Source: an uncultured Gammaproteobacteria bacterium
GTDB taxonomy: Bacteria > Patescibacteriota > Microgenomatia > Levybacterales > UBA12049
NCBI GenBank assembly: GCA_965230895.1
Contig: OZ246394.1
Location: forward strand, 377,316-441,315
Direction of reading: 5' to 3'
Length of the DNA: 64,000 nucleotides
This document shows positions 44,267 to 53,258 of this stretch, one piece after another. Every line of letters begins with the position of its first letter. The first letter of the stretch is position 1. A model generated the notes under the pieces. The model made no database searches, had not been told where the DNA came from, and was given only the letters and a program-made list of their open reading frames with translations. The position numbers were made by a program, and so were the translations under genes.

Positions 44267-45532
44267 TTAATTATTAATTTTAGGATCGTAGTTATCTACG
44301 ATTTCTAAGAAATCTGATGTCGCTTCAATATACTCACGATACTGATCAGTTGTTGTAAGTGGTCCATCGTTTAAAAGCGCTGGATCATTCCTTCGATCAA
44401 GAATATTTTCAAAAACTTCGACTGGACCACCTCGTGATTGGACAAATGGAGCAAAAGTAAGCCGTAAATCTCCTTTAGATGTAATATCAGTCAAAATCCG
44501 TACAGATGGTTGTCGCGTAATTTCTTTTGGATCATCAATCCCATAACGCTTCGTAAGTTCCTCTTGAGCACCTGGTTGTCCTGCAAGTCGTTTCGCAATC
44601 CAAGAATAACCTCGATGGATTCCTTCTTTCAAAGCAAGTATGCGTTGAAGGTTTTCTGGATCAGTCATATTATCAATATTTATTCCTTGCTCTCCTCCGA
44701 AAACAACAGTAAATCCATAAGGTGCAGTTTGGCGTTGCGCGATGGTAAACCCTTCTGTTGGCATACCTTTATGTTCGAGTACTGCTTTGGCTGTTCGGTC
44801 AAGGACGCCAATGACGCGATCCCCCAATTCTCTATCTTGCATTACCCGTTGCTCATCTTCCATATTTGGAACTTTTTCTTCTGTTGGTACGAAGTTATTC
44901 AAGTTGTGGATTGTTGCATGGAAATGTGGTAGGCCAATACTTTGACTTGTTGCAGGTGCAATTGCACTTGCTGAGTTTTCCATAATAATCGCTTTTTTAC
45001 GACTACCCTTTTGATTTTGTCCAGTGACATCTTTATGCATTTCCTGGAGGAGATACATCTGGGATGTTACATATCTGAATTTTGTTTCGTCTGAAAGTTC
45101 TGTCCAAAGAAGAGGAACTGGCATACCTGATTTATCAACTTCTGGTAAGCCATTATGAAGAACATCTTCAGTAGCTCCAACTCCAAGCACATCAATTTCT
45201 CCATACGCACTTGTAGGCTCTGATAAGGAGAATGTATCGCCCACTACTTCGTGAACATATGTGCCATTTTCTTTCAATCCAGGAGTTAGAAAAATATCTT
45301 TATAATAGTCAGCGTTATTCATATTTAGAATTCGCTGACGAAGCTCACCTGGATCATTTTTAAATGAAGTAGTTGCTTTGGAATCAGTAGCGTACACACT
45401 CGTTCTCATTCCTGTTGGCATGATTTTTTCGTGGGCTCCAGCTAACAAGCTAGACATGAGATTATCTACAGTTGCAATCCTTTGAGGACCTTCTGGATGA
45501 ATATGGCGAGTTCGAGCTTCTAGTACTGGCAT
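44267..45532 (-). CDS. Hypothetical 421-aa protein (possible HIT/GalT-like nucleotidyl-transfer motif HFHATIH; family unassigned)
   Basis: Long ORF with coding-like composition in the same-strand array; only a weak H-x-H-x-x-x-H motif recognised. Confidence 0.4.
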   Translation of the reverse strand: MPVLEARTRHIHPEGPQRIATVDNLMSSLLAGAHEKIMPTGMRTSVYATDSKATTSFKNDPGELRQRILNMNNADYYKDIFLTPGLKENGTYVHEVVGDTFSLSEPTSAYGEIDVLGVGATEDVLHNGLPEVDKSGMPVPLLWTELSDETKFRYVTSQMYLLQEMHKDVTGQNQKGSRKKAIIMENSASAIAPATSQSIGLPHFHATIHNLNNFVPTEEKVPNMEDEQRVMQDRELGDRVIGVLDRTAKAVLEHKGMPTEGFTIAQRQTAPYGFTVVFGGEQGINIDNMTDPENLQRILALKEGIHRGYSWIAKRLAGQPGAQEELTKRYGIDDPKEITRQPSVRILTDITSKGDLRLTFAPFVQSRGGPVEVFENILDRRNDPALLNDGPLTTTDQYREYIEATSDFLEIVDNYDPKINN

Positions 45533-45543
45533 AAAAAACCTCC

Positions 45544-46305
45544 CTAAACGTTTTTAACTTCTGAATAGAGCTCATTCGCACGTGCCACATCCGCCTGAGT
45601 GGAAACGCCAAAAAATTGTAATGCATCTTCAAGAAGGTGTGTACCAACCTTCTTATCTTCTTCCAACGCCATATTAATGACAGCTGGGAGATAGTATTCT
45701 TGTGTTACTTCTGAAGGGACAACGTTTGGAAGATTTGTTTGCAAGAATTCTCGATCAAAAACATAAAATCCTGTGTTTACTTCTTTAACATGTCGTTCTT
45801 TAACTGTTGCGTCTTTTTCTTCAACAATTTTTTCGAAATCACCATGTGCATCATAGACGATTCTTCCAAAACCAGTCGGATCTTGTTTTAGAACTGTAAC
45901 GATTGTAACTTTGTTGTGTTCTCTTTTGTGTTTTGACAAAACATCTTTAAAGGTTTTCGCTTCGTAGAACATACTGTCATCACCATTAACGACGAGGACA
46001 TTTTCTACATCAGGGTTAAGAACTGGGATTGCTGCTTCTACAGCTTTTGCTGTACCGTAAGCTTCTCCTTGGCGAGCAATTGTAGAATAAGGTTCAGCGA
46101 CAGGTGCAACAAGTTCTGCACCATGGTTTACAACTGTGACAATTTGACCGAACTTCAAAGAAGTAAGCATTCGTAATGGTTTAACAAGCATTGGTTCCCC
46201 ATCGATTTCATGGAGTACCTTCGGCAAGTCAGATTTCATTCTGCTACCACGTCCAGCTGCTAAAACAACTGCTGCGTCTCTTCCAAAGTTTTCTTTATTA
46301 GCCAT
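45544..46305 (-). CDS. Sugar-phosphate nucleotidyltransferase (NTP_transferase / MobA-like fold)
   Basis: N-terminal AAVVLAAGRGSRMKSDLPKVL… signature; …VVNGDD…. Confidence 0.7.
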   Translation of the reverse strand: MANKENFGRDAAVVLAAGRGSRMKSDLPKVLHEIDGEPMLVKPLRMLTSLKFGQIVTVVNHGAELVAPVAEPYSTIARQGEAYGTAKAVEAAIPVLNPDVENVLVVNGDDSMFYEAKTFKDVLSKHKREHNKVTIVTVLKQDPTGFGRIVYDAHGDFEKIVEEKDATVKERHVKEVNTGFYVFDREFLQTNLPNVVPSEVTQEYYLPAVINMALEEDKKVGTHLLEDALQFFGVSTQADVARANELYSEVKNV

Positions 46306-46467
46306 AAGGTGAGCAGTATAACATAGGCTTATAATAATTGCAATAGGTATATTTAAAACTCTTACAATAGATTCTTCATGGATGACTTTGATATGAAAAG
46401 TGACAGATCACAATCTTAGTCCCATAATAGAATTGACAAATAATTATTATGGGATATAATTCGTTTT

Positions 46468-47175
46468 ATGCCAGAGATTATACGAAATAGGCTACGCGCT
46501 CAAGAACTATTAAATACTGTCGCAGAAAATAGCGGTGTTCCCTCGTCATTAAAACGGAATGGAATAATACTTGGATCTGGAGATGAAAATATTGTTTTCC
46601 CGCATCCCAGTAGACAGGATAAAGTATATGCCGTTACATATTATATGGGATTAGACGCAGAAAAAGCGAAAGAATCCTTTTATGCTCATAAGATCTTAGC
46701 GACAATTTTTCCATACAATTTTCCGCCTCTGCACGCAGCTTATGGTAAAAAATTCAAGTCATTTAGTGATCCGACTTTCGCAACCGAACTCTCTGGAACC
46801 GTTCGTGGGAGACTTGATCTCGACGCAGGTACGCCTGTGAGTCATCCTTTTAGCGCGGTTCAAACGTTCTTTGATGATCTCGGCTTAAATAGTAATAGTG
46901 TGCTTGATCTTCATGGAAGCAATGTTTTAACTGCAGCAGATGGCGGAGAATATTATACTGATATTGTAAAGTCTCCAGCGTTTATTCGAACAATCCCTGA
47001 AGAGGTATTATCTGGTTGGATGTCGTCTCATAAAGTAACAGACAAGAAAACACACGAAGAACGTGAGTACAATCAAAATGAAATGAATACTGTTATGAAA
47101 TCGCTGCGAAGATTAAAAGAACTGAGTCCTATTAACAGAACATACACATTCGTCGACGACGGAGAAGAGACGTAA
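46468..47175 (+). CDS. Hypothetical protein
   Basis: Coding-like ORF; no recognisable motif. Confidence 0.35.
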   Translation: MPEIIRNRLRAQELLNTVAENSGVPSSLKRNGIILGSGDENIVFPHPSRQDKVYAVTYYMGLDAEKAKESFYAHKILATIFPYNFPPLHAAYGKKFKSFSDPTFATELSGTVRGRLDLDAGTPVSHPFSAVQTFFDDLGLNSNSVLDLHGSNVLTAADGGEYYTDIVKSPAFIRTIPEEVLSGWMSSHKVTDKKTHEEREYNQNEMNTVMKSLRRLKELSPINRTYTFVDDGEET

Positions 47176-47180
47176 AAAGA

Positions 47181-48218
47181 TTATTTTCGAAGAACTTCTT
47201 TGAATGCTTCAGCAAGTTTTGCTGGATCATGTCGAGCTGATTCAGCTCCATCTTTATTTACAATCTTCAAAGCATCATGAGTGATAATTTCTATGCCATC
47301 TTTTTCCGCATCTTTCAAAGTTTTATAATCCCACCCTAAGAAATGTGAATGCTCTGTTGCGTAGAGTTCAGCAGCTCGTTGATGTCTTTCTTCAAATTGC
47401 GCTCTTGTTACAGCTGGGACAATAAGGCCACTTGGTCTTCTCCCTGCGTATTCATCAAGTTTATCGGCAAAATCTGTTGGTCTGAATTCATGTGTTTCAT
47501 TTCGCGTACTTGTCATTGGTGTGACCATATAAATATCTGCATTACTTCCTGCCACTGCTTCTCTCATCCCTTCAGGTAAAAGAGGTGCAAGTACTGAACC
47601 GTAGAGACTTCCTGTTGAGAAAATAACTATTTCAGCCTCCTTAACAGCTTCTAAAGCTTCTGGGTAAGCTGGAACATCTGGAGCTAAATGCATTTCACTT
47701 ACCAGATCAGCAGACATACTTTGTTCATCTAATTTATGTTCTCCAAGAAATGTTCTACCATGTTCTGTCGTAAATTCAATATTACTTGGTACTGTTGATG
47801 CTGGTAAGACTCTTCCACGAAGATGAATGTTCATCTTTTGTAAAAAATCTTCAACTTTTGCATATGCATTCTCTGGAGTAAAATACTGTTCCATTATTTC
47901 TTGCCCGATCACATTATCACTTACGTCATGTCTACTATTAAATAGCTCTTTCATTGCTTCTCGTGCTTGAGGGTTTCCATTGGGAGTAGTCAACGACATG
48001 AGAACACGCATTGAATCACTGTGTGCAATTTCTTGTCCGCGTGCTGCATGTCTTCGTCTTCCTGTTGCTCCACCAGAATCAAATGGAGTTACAACAGCAT
48101 TTACATGATCCACTTCTCCTGTTAAGAAAAGAGATTCATGCGTTAAAGGAGATCCTGTGCCTCCACCGAATGTTACAATTTTTGGTTTTTCTGCGACTGA
48201 TAGCCTTTCGTTTGCCAT
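47181..48218 (-). CDS. CofD/YvcK-family protein (2-phospho-L-lactate transferase-like / UPF0052 'gluconeogenesis factor')
   Basis: N-terminal IVTFGGGTGSPLTHESL… and …PFDSGGATGRRR… typical of the CofD/YvcK family. Confidence 0.65.
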   Translation of the reverse strand: MANERLSVAEKPKIVTFGGGTGSPLTHESLFLTGEVDHVNAVVTPFDSGGATGRRRHAARGQEIAHSDSMRVLMSLTTPNGNPQAREAMKELFNSRHDVSDNVIGQEIMEQYFTPENAYAKVEDFLQKMNIHLRGRVLPASTVPSNIEFTTEHGRTFLGEHKLDEQSMSADLVSEMHLAPDVPAYPEALEAVKEAEIVIFSTGSLYGSVLAPLLPEGMREAVAGSNADIYMVTPMTSTRNETHEFRPTDFADKLDEYAGRRPSGLIVPAVTRAQFEERHQRAAELYATEHSHFLGWDYKTLKDAEKDGIEIITHDALKIVNKDGAESARHDPAKLAEAFKEVLRK

Positions 48219-48368
48219 AAGAAGAGGATTATAGCAATATTTTTACTATGAGTCAATATGTATGCATAATATTGCATTAATATAATATGTACTATTTATA
48301 TATGTATAAATATGAATTATATATCCTTTTATATTGACTTATGGGACTATATATAGTAAAATCCTCGA

Positions 48369-49718
48369 ATGGTTGAAAGAAGAGAGCGCAGAAGAGCGCC
48401 TGAAGTGAAAGAGAAGCCGTCACGGCATGTGCCGCAAGTTGCTATCATTGATTTTGATAGAACATTGGGTGATGTTGACGCGAGTATGAAGCGTTTTTAC
48501 AACGCTGCTGAATTTGTTGGAGTAAATGCCGCTCACGTCAAAAGTGCTCAAACAAAAACTGAAGCAGATGGTGGCACATTTGAACCGCTTAGTTTTGTGA
48601 AAGACCAACTCGATGAAGAAGGATACGCTGCATTTAAAAATCATTTTATCACTGCAGACGGCCCTTCAATCATGTATCCAGAATCACAACCCTTCCTCGA
48701 CATGCTTACTGAAAAAAATATGCCTTTCGTTGTACGGACATGGGGAGTTAGTGCCGAGTGGCAACATTTAAAGATCGCTGCTGCTGGATATACAGGTGCA
48801 TACGAAGTAATGGATAAAAAAGATAAGGGAGCAGAAATCGAATCATGGAGACAAGAAACCGCTGATGGCAATTCCATTATTGTTGTCCCAGACCATCCAA
48901 GTAGTCCCGAATTAATCACTGCAGATAGTGCTGTACTTATTGATGATAAAGCGTCTTCATTCAAATCTTTGAACAGAAAAGATACCGGTTTTTGGATCGT
49001 TCCAAAAGATGGCGAACTTCTCAAAAGCCAACAAGGCGATGTCCCAGCAAACGTTCAAAAAACTTCGTTGGATGAATTGACCGTTGTTGAAGGACACATT
49101 GTCAAAAAAGCATTACCAAATGAAGGTGAAGTATTTAATGCGCAAGAAATGAAAGATGGTCTTCCAGAAGGAATCTTTTTCTCAACAGAATTGACTGAAA
49201 AACACATTGAGCAACTTGTAGCTTTCTCTACAGACACAGAAGATGTAGGCGTACAAAATAACACTTCAGACAAAAAACGCTTTAAAGATCGTGAAGCAGT
49301 AAATAAATGGATTGAAAAAGGAAGATCTGTTGTTGTGTTAACAGATGATGAAGGCGACTTGCTTGGTATTAGTTGGTTGGGTGCAGAAGACATTAATCTT
49401 GATAATCGTGAGCTTTTGCCATCATTTGACCCTGCTGAAGCAGCTCGATATGGTGTGACATTTGCTATCCGAACATATGAAAAGGCACGAGGAAAAGGAT
49501 TGTCACGTAAATTAGCACAACAAGCTGAAAGACAATTTGAAACAACAGCTGAATATCAAAAGCTAGTCAAAGAAGGAAAGCAATTCCCATGGTTAGAGGT
49601 TTCAGCAGATAATATCCCTGCGGTGAAATCATACTCAAAGAATGGTTATGTTCAAATAACTGCACGCAACGAAGAAGGCAAGATCCTGATGGTTCAAAAA
49701 GAAGAGCCACAGAAATAA
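48369..49718 (+). CDS. Two-domain protein: N-terminal HAD-like domain (paralog of the next gene) + C-terminal GNAT-like acetyltransferase fold
   Basis: …VAIIDFDRTLGD… (DxDxT); N-terminal 230 aa align with 49763-50443 (…DGGTFEP…, …VLIDDKASSFKSL…); C-terminal …RGKGLSRKLAQQAE… GNAT-like. Confidence 0.5.
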   Translation: MVERRERRRAPEVKEKPSRHVPQVAIIDFDRTLGDVDASMKRFYNAAEFVGVNAAHVKSAQTKTEADGGTFEPLSFVKDQLDEEGYAAFKNHFITADGPSIMYPESQPFLDMLTEKNMPFVVRTWGVSAEWQHLKIAAAGYTGAYEVMDKKDKGAEIESWRQETADGNSIIVVPDHPSSPELITADSAVLIDDKASSFKSLNRKDTGFWIVPKDGELLKSQQGDVPANVQKTSLDELTVVEGHIVKKALPNEGEVFNAQEMKDGLPEGIFFSTELTEKHIEQLVAFSTDTEDVGVQNNTSDKKRFKDREAVNKWIEKGRSVVVLTDDEGDLLGISWLGAEDINLDNRELLPSFDPAEAARYGVTFAIRTYEKARGKGLSRKLAQQAERQFETTAEYQKLVKEGKQFPWLEVSADNIPAVKSYSKNGYVQITARNEEGKILMVQKEEPQK

Positions 49719-49762
49719 TCTAATTTATAGACACTCCTCCCCTTTCCTCGTATAATCTCTCT

Positions 49763-50443
49763 ATGACAAACAAACACATCCCTCAGGCTGTAGTTATTGA
49801 TTTCGATAGAACATTGAGTGATGTCCAAAAATCAGTTGAACATCTTTATGCTGTGACAAAAGAATTTGGAATTGATGCTGAAAAAATAGAATCCGCTCGA
49901 AGAGCACTCGAAGATGATGGCGGAACATTTGAGCCAATCACGTATCTTCAAAGCGTTCTAACAAAAGATCAAATGAAAGAGTTTTACGCCAAGTTTTTGG
50001 CAACAAGAATGGACTCATTTTTTGATGACGCACACCCTTTTCTTTCGTTATTAGAAGCAAACAACATCCCTTATTATGTCCTTACATATGGAGTCAGCTC
50101 CATATGGCAGGAATTAAAAGTCAAAGGAAGTGGATATGATGGGCCCATGAAAATTATGGACCACAGTGATAAAGGTGCAGAAATAGCGAAATGGAGAAAT
50201 TCTGAAAAGAAATATGCGCTTCCGCTATTTCAAAATATTCAGTGGACTGCAGATACCATTTGTCTGATTGATGACAAAGCATCAGCATTTAAAAGTTTAC
50301 CTGAAGATTGCACCGGATATCTTATCCAACGAAGCAAAACCCAACTCCCAAGCCAACAAGGAAAAGTAGGAAATCACATCCAAACCATCAAATCGCTAAG
50401 TGAGTTAACAATTCAAAATAAAATCCTCACGTTAAAAAGATAA
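49763..50443 (+). CDS. HAD-like domain protein, tandem paralog of the N-terminal half of 48369-49718
   Basis: …AVVIDFDRTLSD…, …DDGGTFEP…, …ICLIDDKASAFKSL…. Confidence 0.5.
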   Translation: MTNKHIPQAVVIDFDRTLSDVQKSVEHLYAVTKEFGIDAEKIESARRALEDDGGTFEPITYLQSVLTKDQMKEFYAKFLATRMDSFFDDAHPFLSLLEANNIPYYVLTYGVSSIWQELKVKGSGYDGPMKIMDHSDKGAEIAKWRNSEKKYALPLFQNIQWTADTICLIDDKASAFKSLPEDCTGYLIQRSKTQLPSQQGKVGNHIQTIKSLSELTIQNKILTLKR

Positions 50444-50614
50444 TCTAATTCATTCGGCAACCCAGCGCACAGCGTTAAGAAAATCATTGGAATGAAGCGT
50501 TAAAAAGGACGGCAAGCGAATGCGTGTCCTTTAGCGGAATGGAAGTGATTTTTAGCGAGCACTGCCTTGCCGAGAGTTTGCGCTACTTTGCGGTCAAAGT
50601 AGCATAAGAAAAAC

Positions 50615-53254
50615 TTACTTTTTCGTCTGTAAGTTTTTAGATGTCCAGAGGTTTGGTAAATCGTTATTGTAGAGTGCAGTTCCGAACCAAGCCCAATTCT
50701 GTGTATAATAATTCTTAGAATCTTCCCAATAACTTCCATCCTTATCTTCGTACAACTTGTTCAATACTTGCTTGTCATATACTTCTTTTGCAGCAGCTTT
50801 ATCAGTAACAACAAAGTTTGCCAAATTTGACGCATATGCACTTGCTGATTCATAGTCTTCCCATGGTTTTCCATCATGTGTATACGCTACACTGATTCGT
50901 TGATTGTTTTTCCATTCCTTGCGGATGAAATCATTCTTTGAGAGATATGCCTGCGCACGAGGTTCTTTGAACCATTGATAATCAAGAGCAATTCTCCAAG
51001 GAGTTCTAAATGCATCAAAGCCATATTCTGTTGAGTCCAAACCTTTTTCTGGAGATTTAATAATTCTTCCATTCGCATCAACTGCACACCAATTTGGAGC
51101 GAGCCCTGCAGATGATTCTTTATCCAGATCGCTATCAGTACATGCATTCAGCACTTCATACGATGTGTCTACGAGATCCATCCAATCATGTTTTGTATCA
51201 ATTTCTGCAAAGATTCGGTAACTACTTGGTGCAAGATATGATGGATTGATGATCGCTGCATTCTTTGCCTTAGCCCAGTTACCTGCGACGAGATATGGCT
51301 TACCTCTGACAACTTTCACTTCGTTGTCCCAAATTGCTTGCATAATCGTTCGACCATCGATAATATAGCCGGGATTGTTCCATCGCTTTCCAGCAAAAGC
51401 GAGTGCCAGAGCGATATCTTCATCTGCATCAGTTGCTGAACTTCGGTCAACCACACCCATGGTTCCATCGGCTTTCTTTCCCCACTTCCATGCAATAAGA
51501 TTGTTCTCTTGTTGCATGTTACGTTTGGTGAATCCCCATGCTTTATCAAAGGTTTGCTTATCGTTCATCCAGACTGCTCGAAGCATTGTGTATGATTGCG
51601 CTTCGGATGTTGTTAAGTTATTCGCTGGATCAACAGCATTTCCATCTTTCTTGATAAATGTACTTTTATATGTTTCCCATGTCGAGACAAGAATTCTTCG
51701 AGAGTTCTTTACAGCCCAGATCTGAACATACCAACCATCTCCTGCGAAACTCGTAATCGGATTGGACTGAGCCAAAGCACTTCCGGTCATTGGGATTTCA
51801 CCTGTACCCAAGTCACCACCGATAAGCGGTGTAAACAAGACATAATCAATATTATTGTAGTCATTCTTCAAAATCTTTTCTTTAATGTCTTTATCACCAT
51901 CAACTTTCCAATAATATTCTGCATTTGCGAAATTGTTGTTATTTCGATAGTTCAAATCGAGGTATGCATAATTATCAATTGCATAAAAAGCATTTGGATT
52001 TTGTCGACTCAAGATCCAATTGACCGCTTCGATCTGCGCATTTGTTTCATTTGAGGTATAGATATTAAATTTCCCTGAGCGGACATTGTTTGAATAATTG
52101 AAGACTAAGACACCCATATAAATGATAAATGCCATAATTGGGAAAATTGCATAAATCTGTAATGGCCAGAACCTCATCCGGGCAAAGAAGTGATAGATTC
52201 TATAAAGAACGTATGACGTGGTGAGTGCTACTAACGGAACCAAGGGAATGATATAGAATTCAAGCACCAATCCTCCACGAAGTAAGAAAGCCCAGTAAGA
52301 AACAGCAAGTCCAGCAATAATTCGTGCCGCAACACTTCGAATAGCCAAGAGGAGCGTGATAAGAGTACTGATTGCCCCAACAATCATGAATGATGGATCA
52401 TCATTTTTCCAGTTCCCTGTCATCTCCCAGAAACTCGAATCAGGATTAAGAATACTGACATTTCCCCGTCCCCCTTGGAATTGCAATGTTCCCAAAAGAC
52501 TTACGTGCTCATGTTGGCCACCCAGAAGCGTTCCTGCCGGAAAGAATTCACCTTTAAACATACTGAAGATGAAATAAAGCGAGATAACGACACCTGCGAC
52601 AGCAATCCATTTGATTGTACCGAATATTCTATTTATTTTATGCAATTGTGAATAAACCAGTGCGGCCATGAACGGCAGGAAGAAAATCGCACTTTCTTTA
52701 CTAAGGACAGAAATACCAAATGTCACCGCACTGGCGATAATCCAGCGAAGTCGTTGCTTACTAAAGAGTACAAAAGCAACTGACAAGAGCAGCCAAAATA
52801 CCATGATATTGTCCAGAAGTACACGTCGCTGGAAATAAATTGCCAAAGGTGAAAGTGAAAACATCAGCACAGCAAACGAACCAACCATCTTAGAATTTGT
52901 GATCTTCTTTCCTATGAAATACAGCAGCAATGCTGATCCAATGTGTAGCAAGAGCATGAGTACGCGGCCTGAGTTAATGGCAAACCCAAAAGTAAATAAG
53001 CCACCTGTAAGCTTTATCCATAGTGCAATAAGCATCCAGCCAACTGGAGCATGATCGTACCAATAGGTATACGGAGCTAATTTGCCATCATTGATGATCG
53101 CCCAGGCTTGTGCCATATATGTTCCCTCATCAGATTCATAATATGGATAACCAAGCATGTTATAACCATGAGCAATTGCCGCAATCGCCAGCAAACCAAA
53201 TACAAGAACGTATTCCATCTTATTACTGTTAAAAAATTCTTTAATCTTTTTCAT
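50615..53254 (-). CDS. GT-C-fold membrane glycosyltransferase (PMT/ArnT-like, polyprenyl-phosphate-sugar dependent) fused to a C-terminal GH8 (BcsZ-like endoglucanase) domain
   Basis: N-terminal ~12 TM with …YYESDEGTY… first-loop acidic motif; C-terminal GH8 signature …SSATDADEDIALALAFAGKRW…. Confidence 0.8.
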   Translation of the reverse strand: MKKIKEFFNSNKMEYVLVFGLLAIAAIAHGYNMLGYPYYESDEGTYMAQAWAIINDGKLAPYTYWYDHAPVGWMLIALWIKLTGGLFTFGFAINSGRVLMLLLHIGSALLLYFIGKKITNSKMVGSFAVLMFSLSPLAIYFQRRVLLDNIMVFWLLLSVAFVLFSKQRLRWIIASAVTFGISVLSKESAIFFLPFMAALVYSQLHKINRIFGTIKWIAVAGVVISLYFIFSMFKGEFFPAGTLLGGQHEHVSLLGTLQFQGGRGNVSILNPDSSFWEMTGNWKNDDPSFMIVGAISTLITLLLAIRSVAARIIAGLAVSYWAFLLRGGLVLEFYIIPLVPLVALTTSYVLYRIYHFFARMRFWPLQIYAIFPIMAFIIYMGVLVFNYSNNVRSGKFNIYTSNETNAQIEAVNWILSRQNPNAFYAIDNYAYLDLNYRNNNNFANAEYYWKVDGDKDIKEKILKNDYNNIDYVLFTPLIGGDLGTGEIPMTGSALAQSNPITSFAGDGWYVQIWAVKNSRRILVSTWETYKSTFIKKDGNAVDPANNLTTSEAQSYTMLRAVWMNDKQTFDKAWGFTKRNMQQENNLIAWKWGKKADGTMGVVDRSSATDADEDIALALAFAGKRWNNPGYIIDGRTIMQAIWDNEVKVVRGKPYLVAGNWAKAKNAAIINPSYLAPSSYRIFAEIDTKHDWMDLVDTSYEVLNACTDSDLDKESSAGLAPNWCAVDANGRIIKSPEKGLDSTEYGFDAFRTPWRIALDYQWFKEPRAQAYLSKNDFIRKEWKNNQRISVAYTHDGKPWEDYESASAYASNLANFVVTDKAAAKEVYDKQVLNKLYEDKDGSYWEDSKNYYTQNWAWFGTALYNNDLPNLWTSKNLQTKK

Positions 53255-53258
53255 ATTT

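Noticed and set aside
50500-50739. 79-aa minus-strand ORF spanning the GC-rich intergenic element
   Set aside because: It runs through hairpin-forming non-coding sequence and overlaps the 3' end of the GT-C/GH8 gene. It is more likely structured RNA or terminator sequence than coding.
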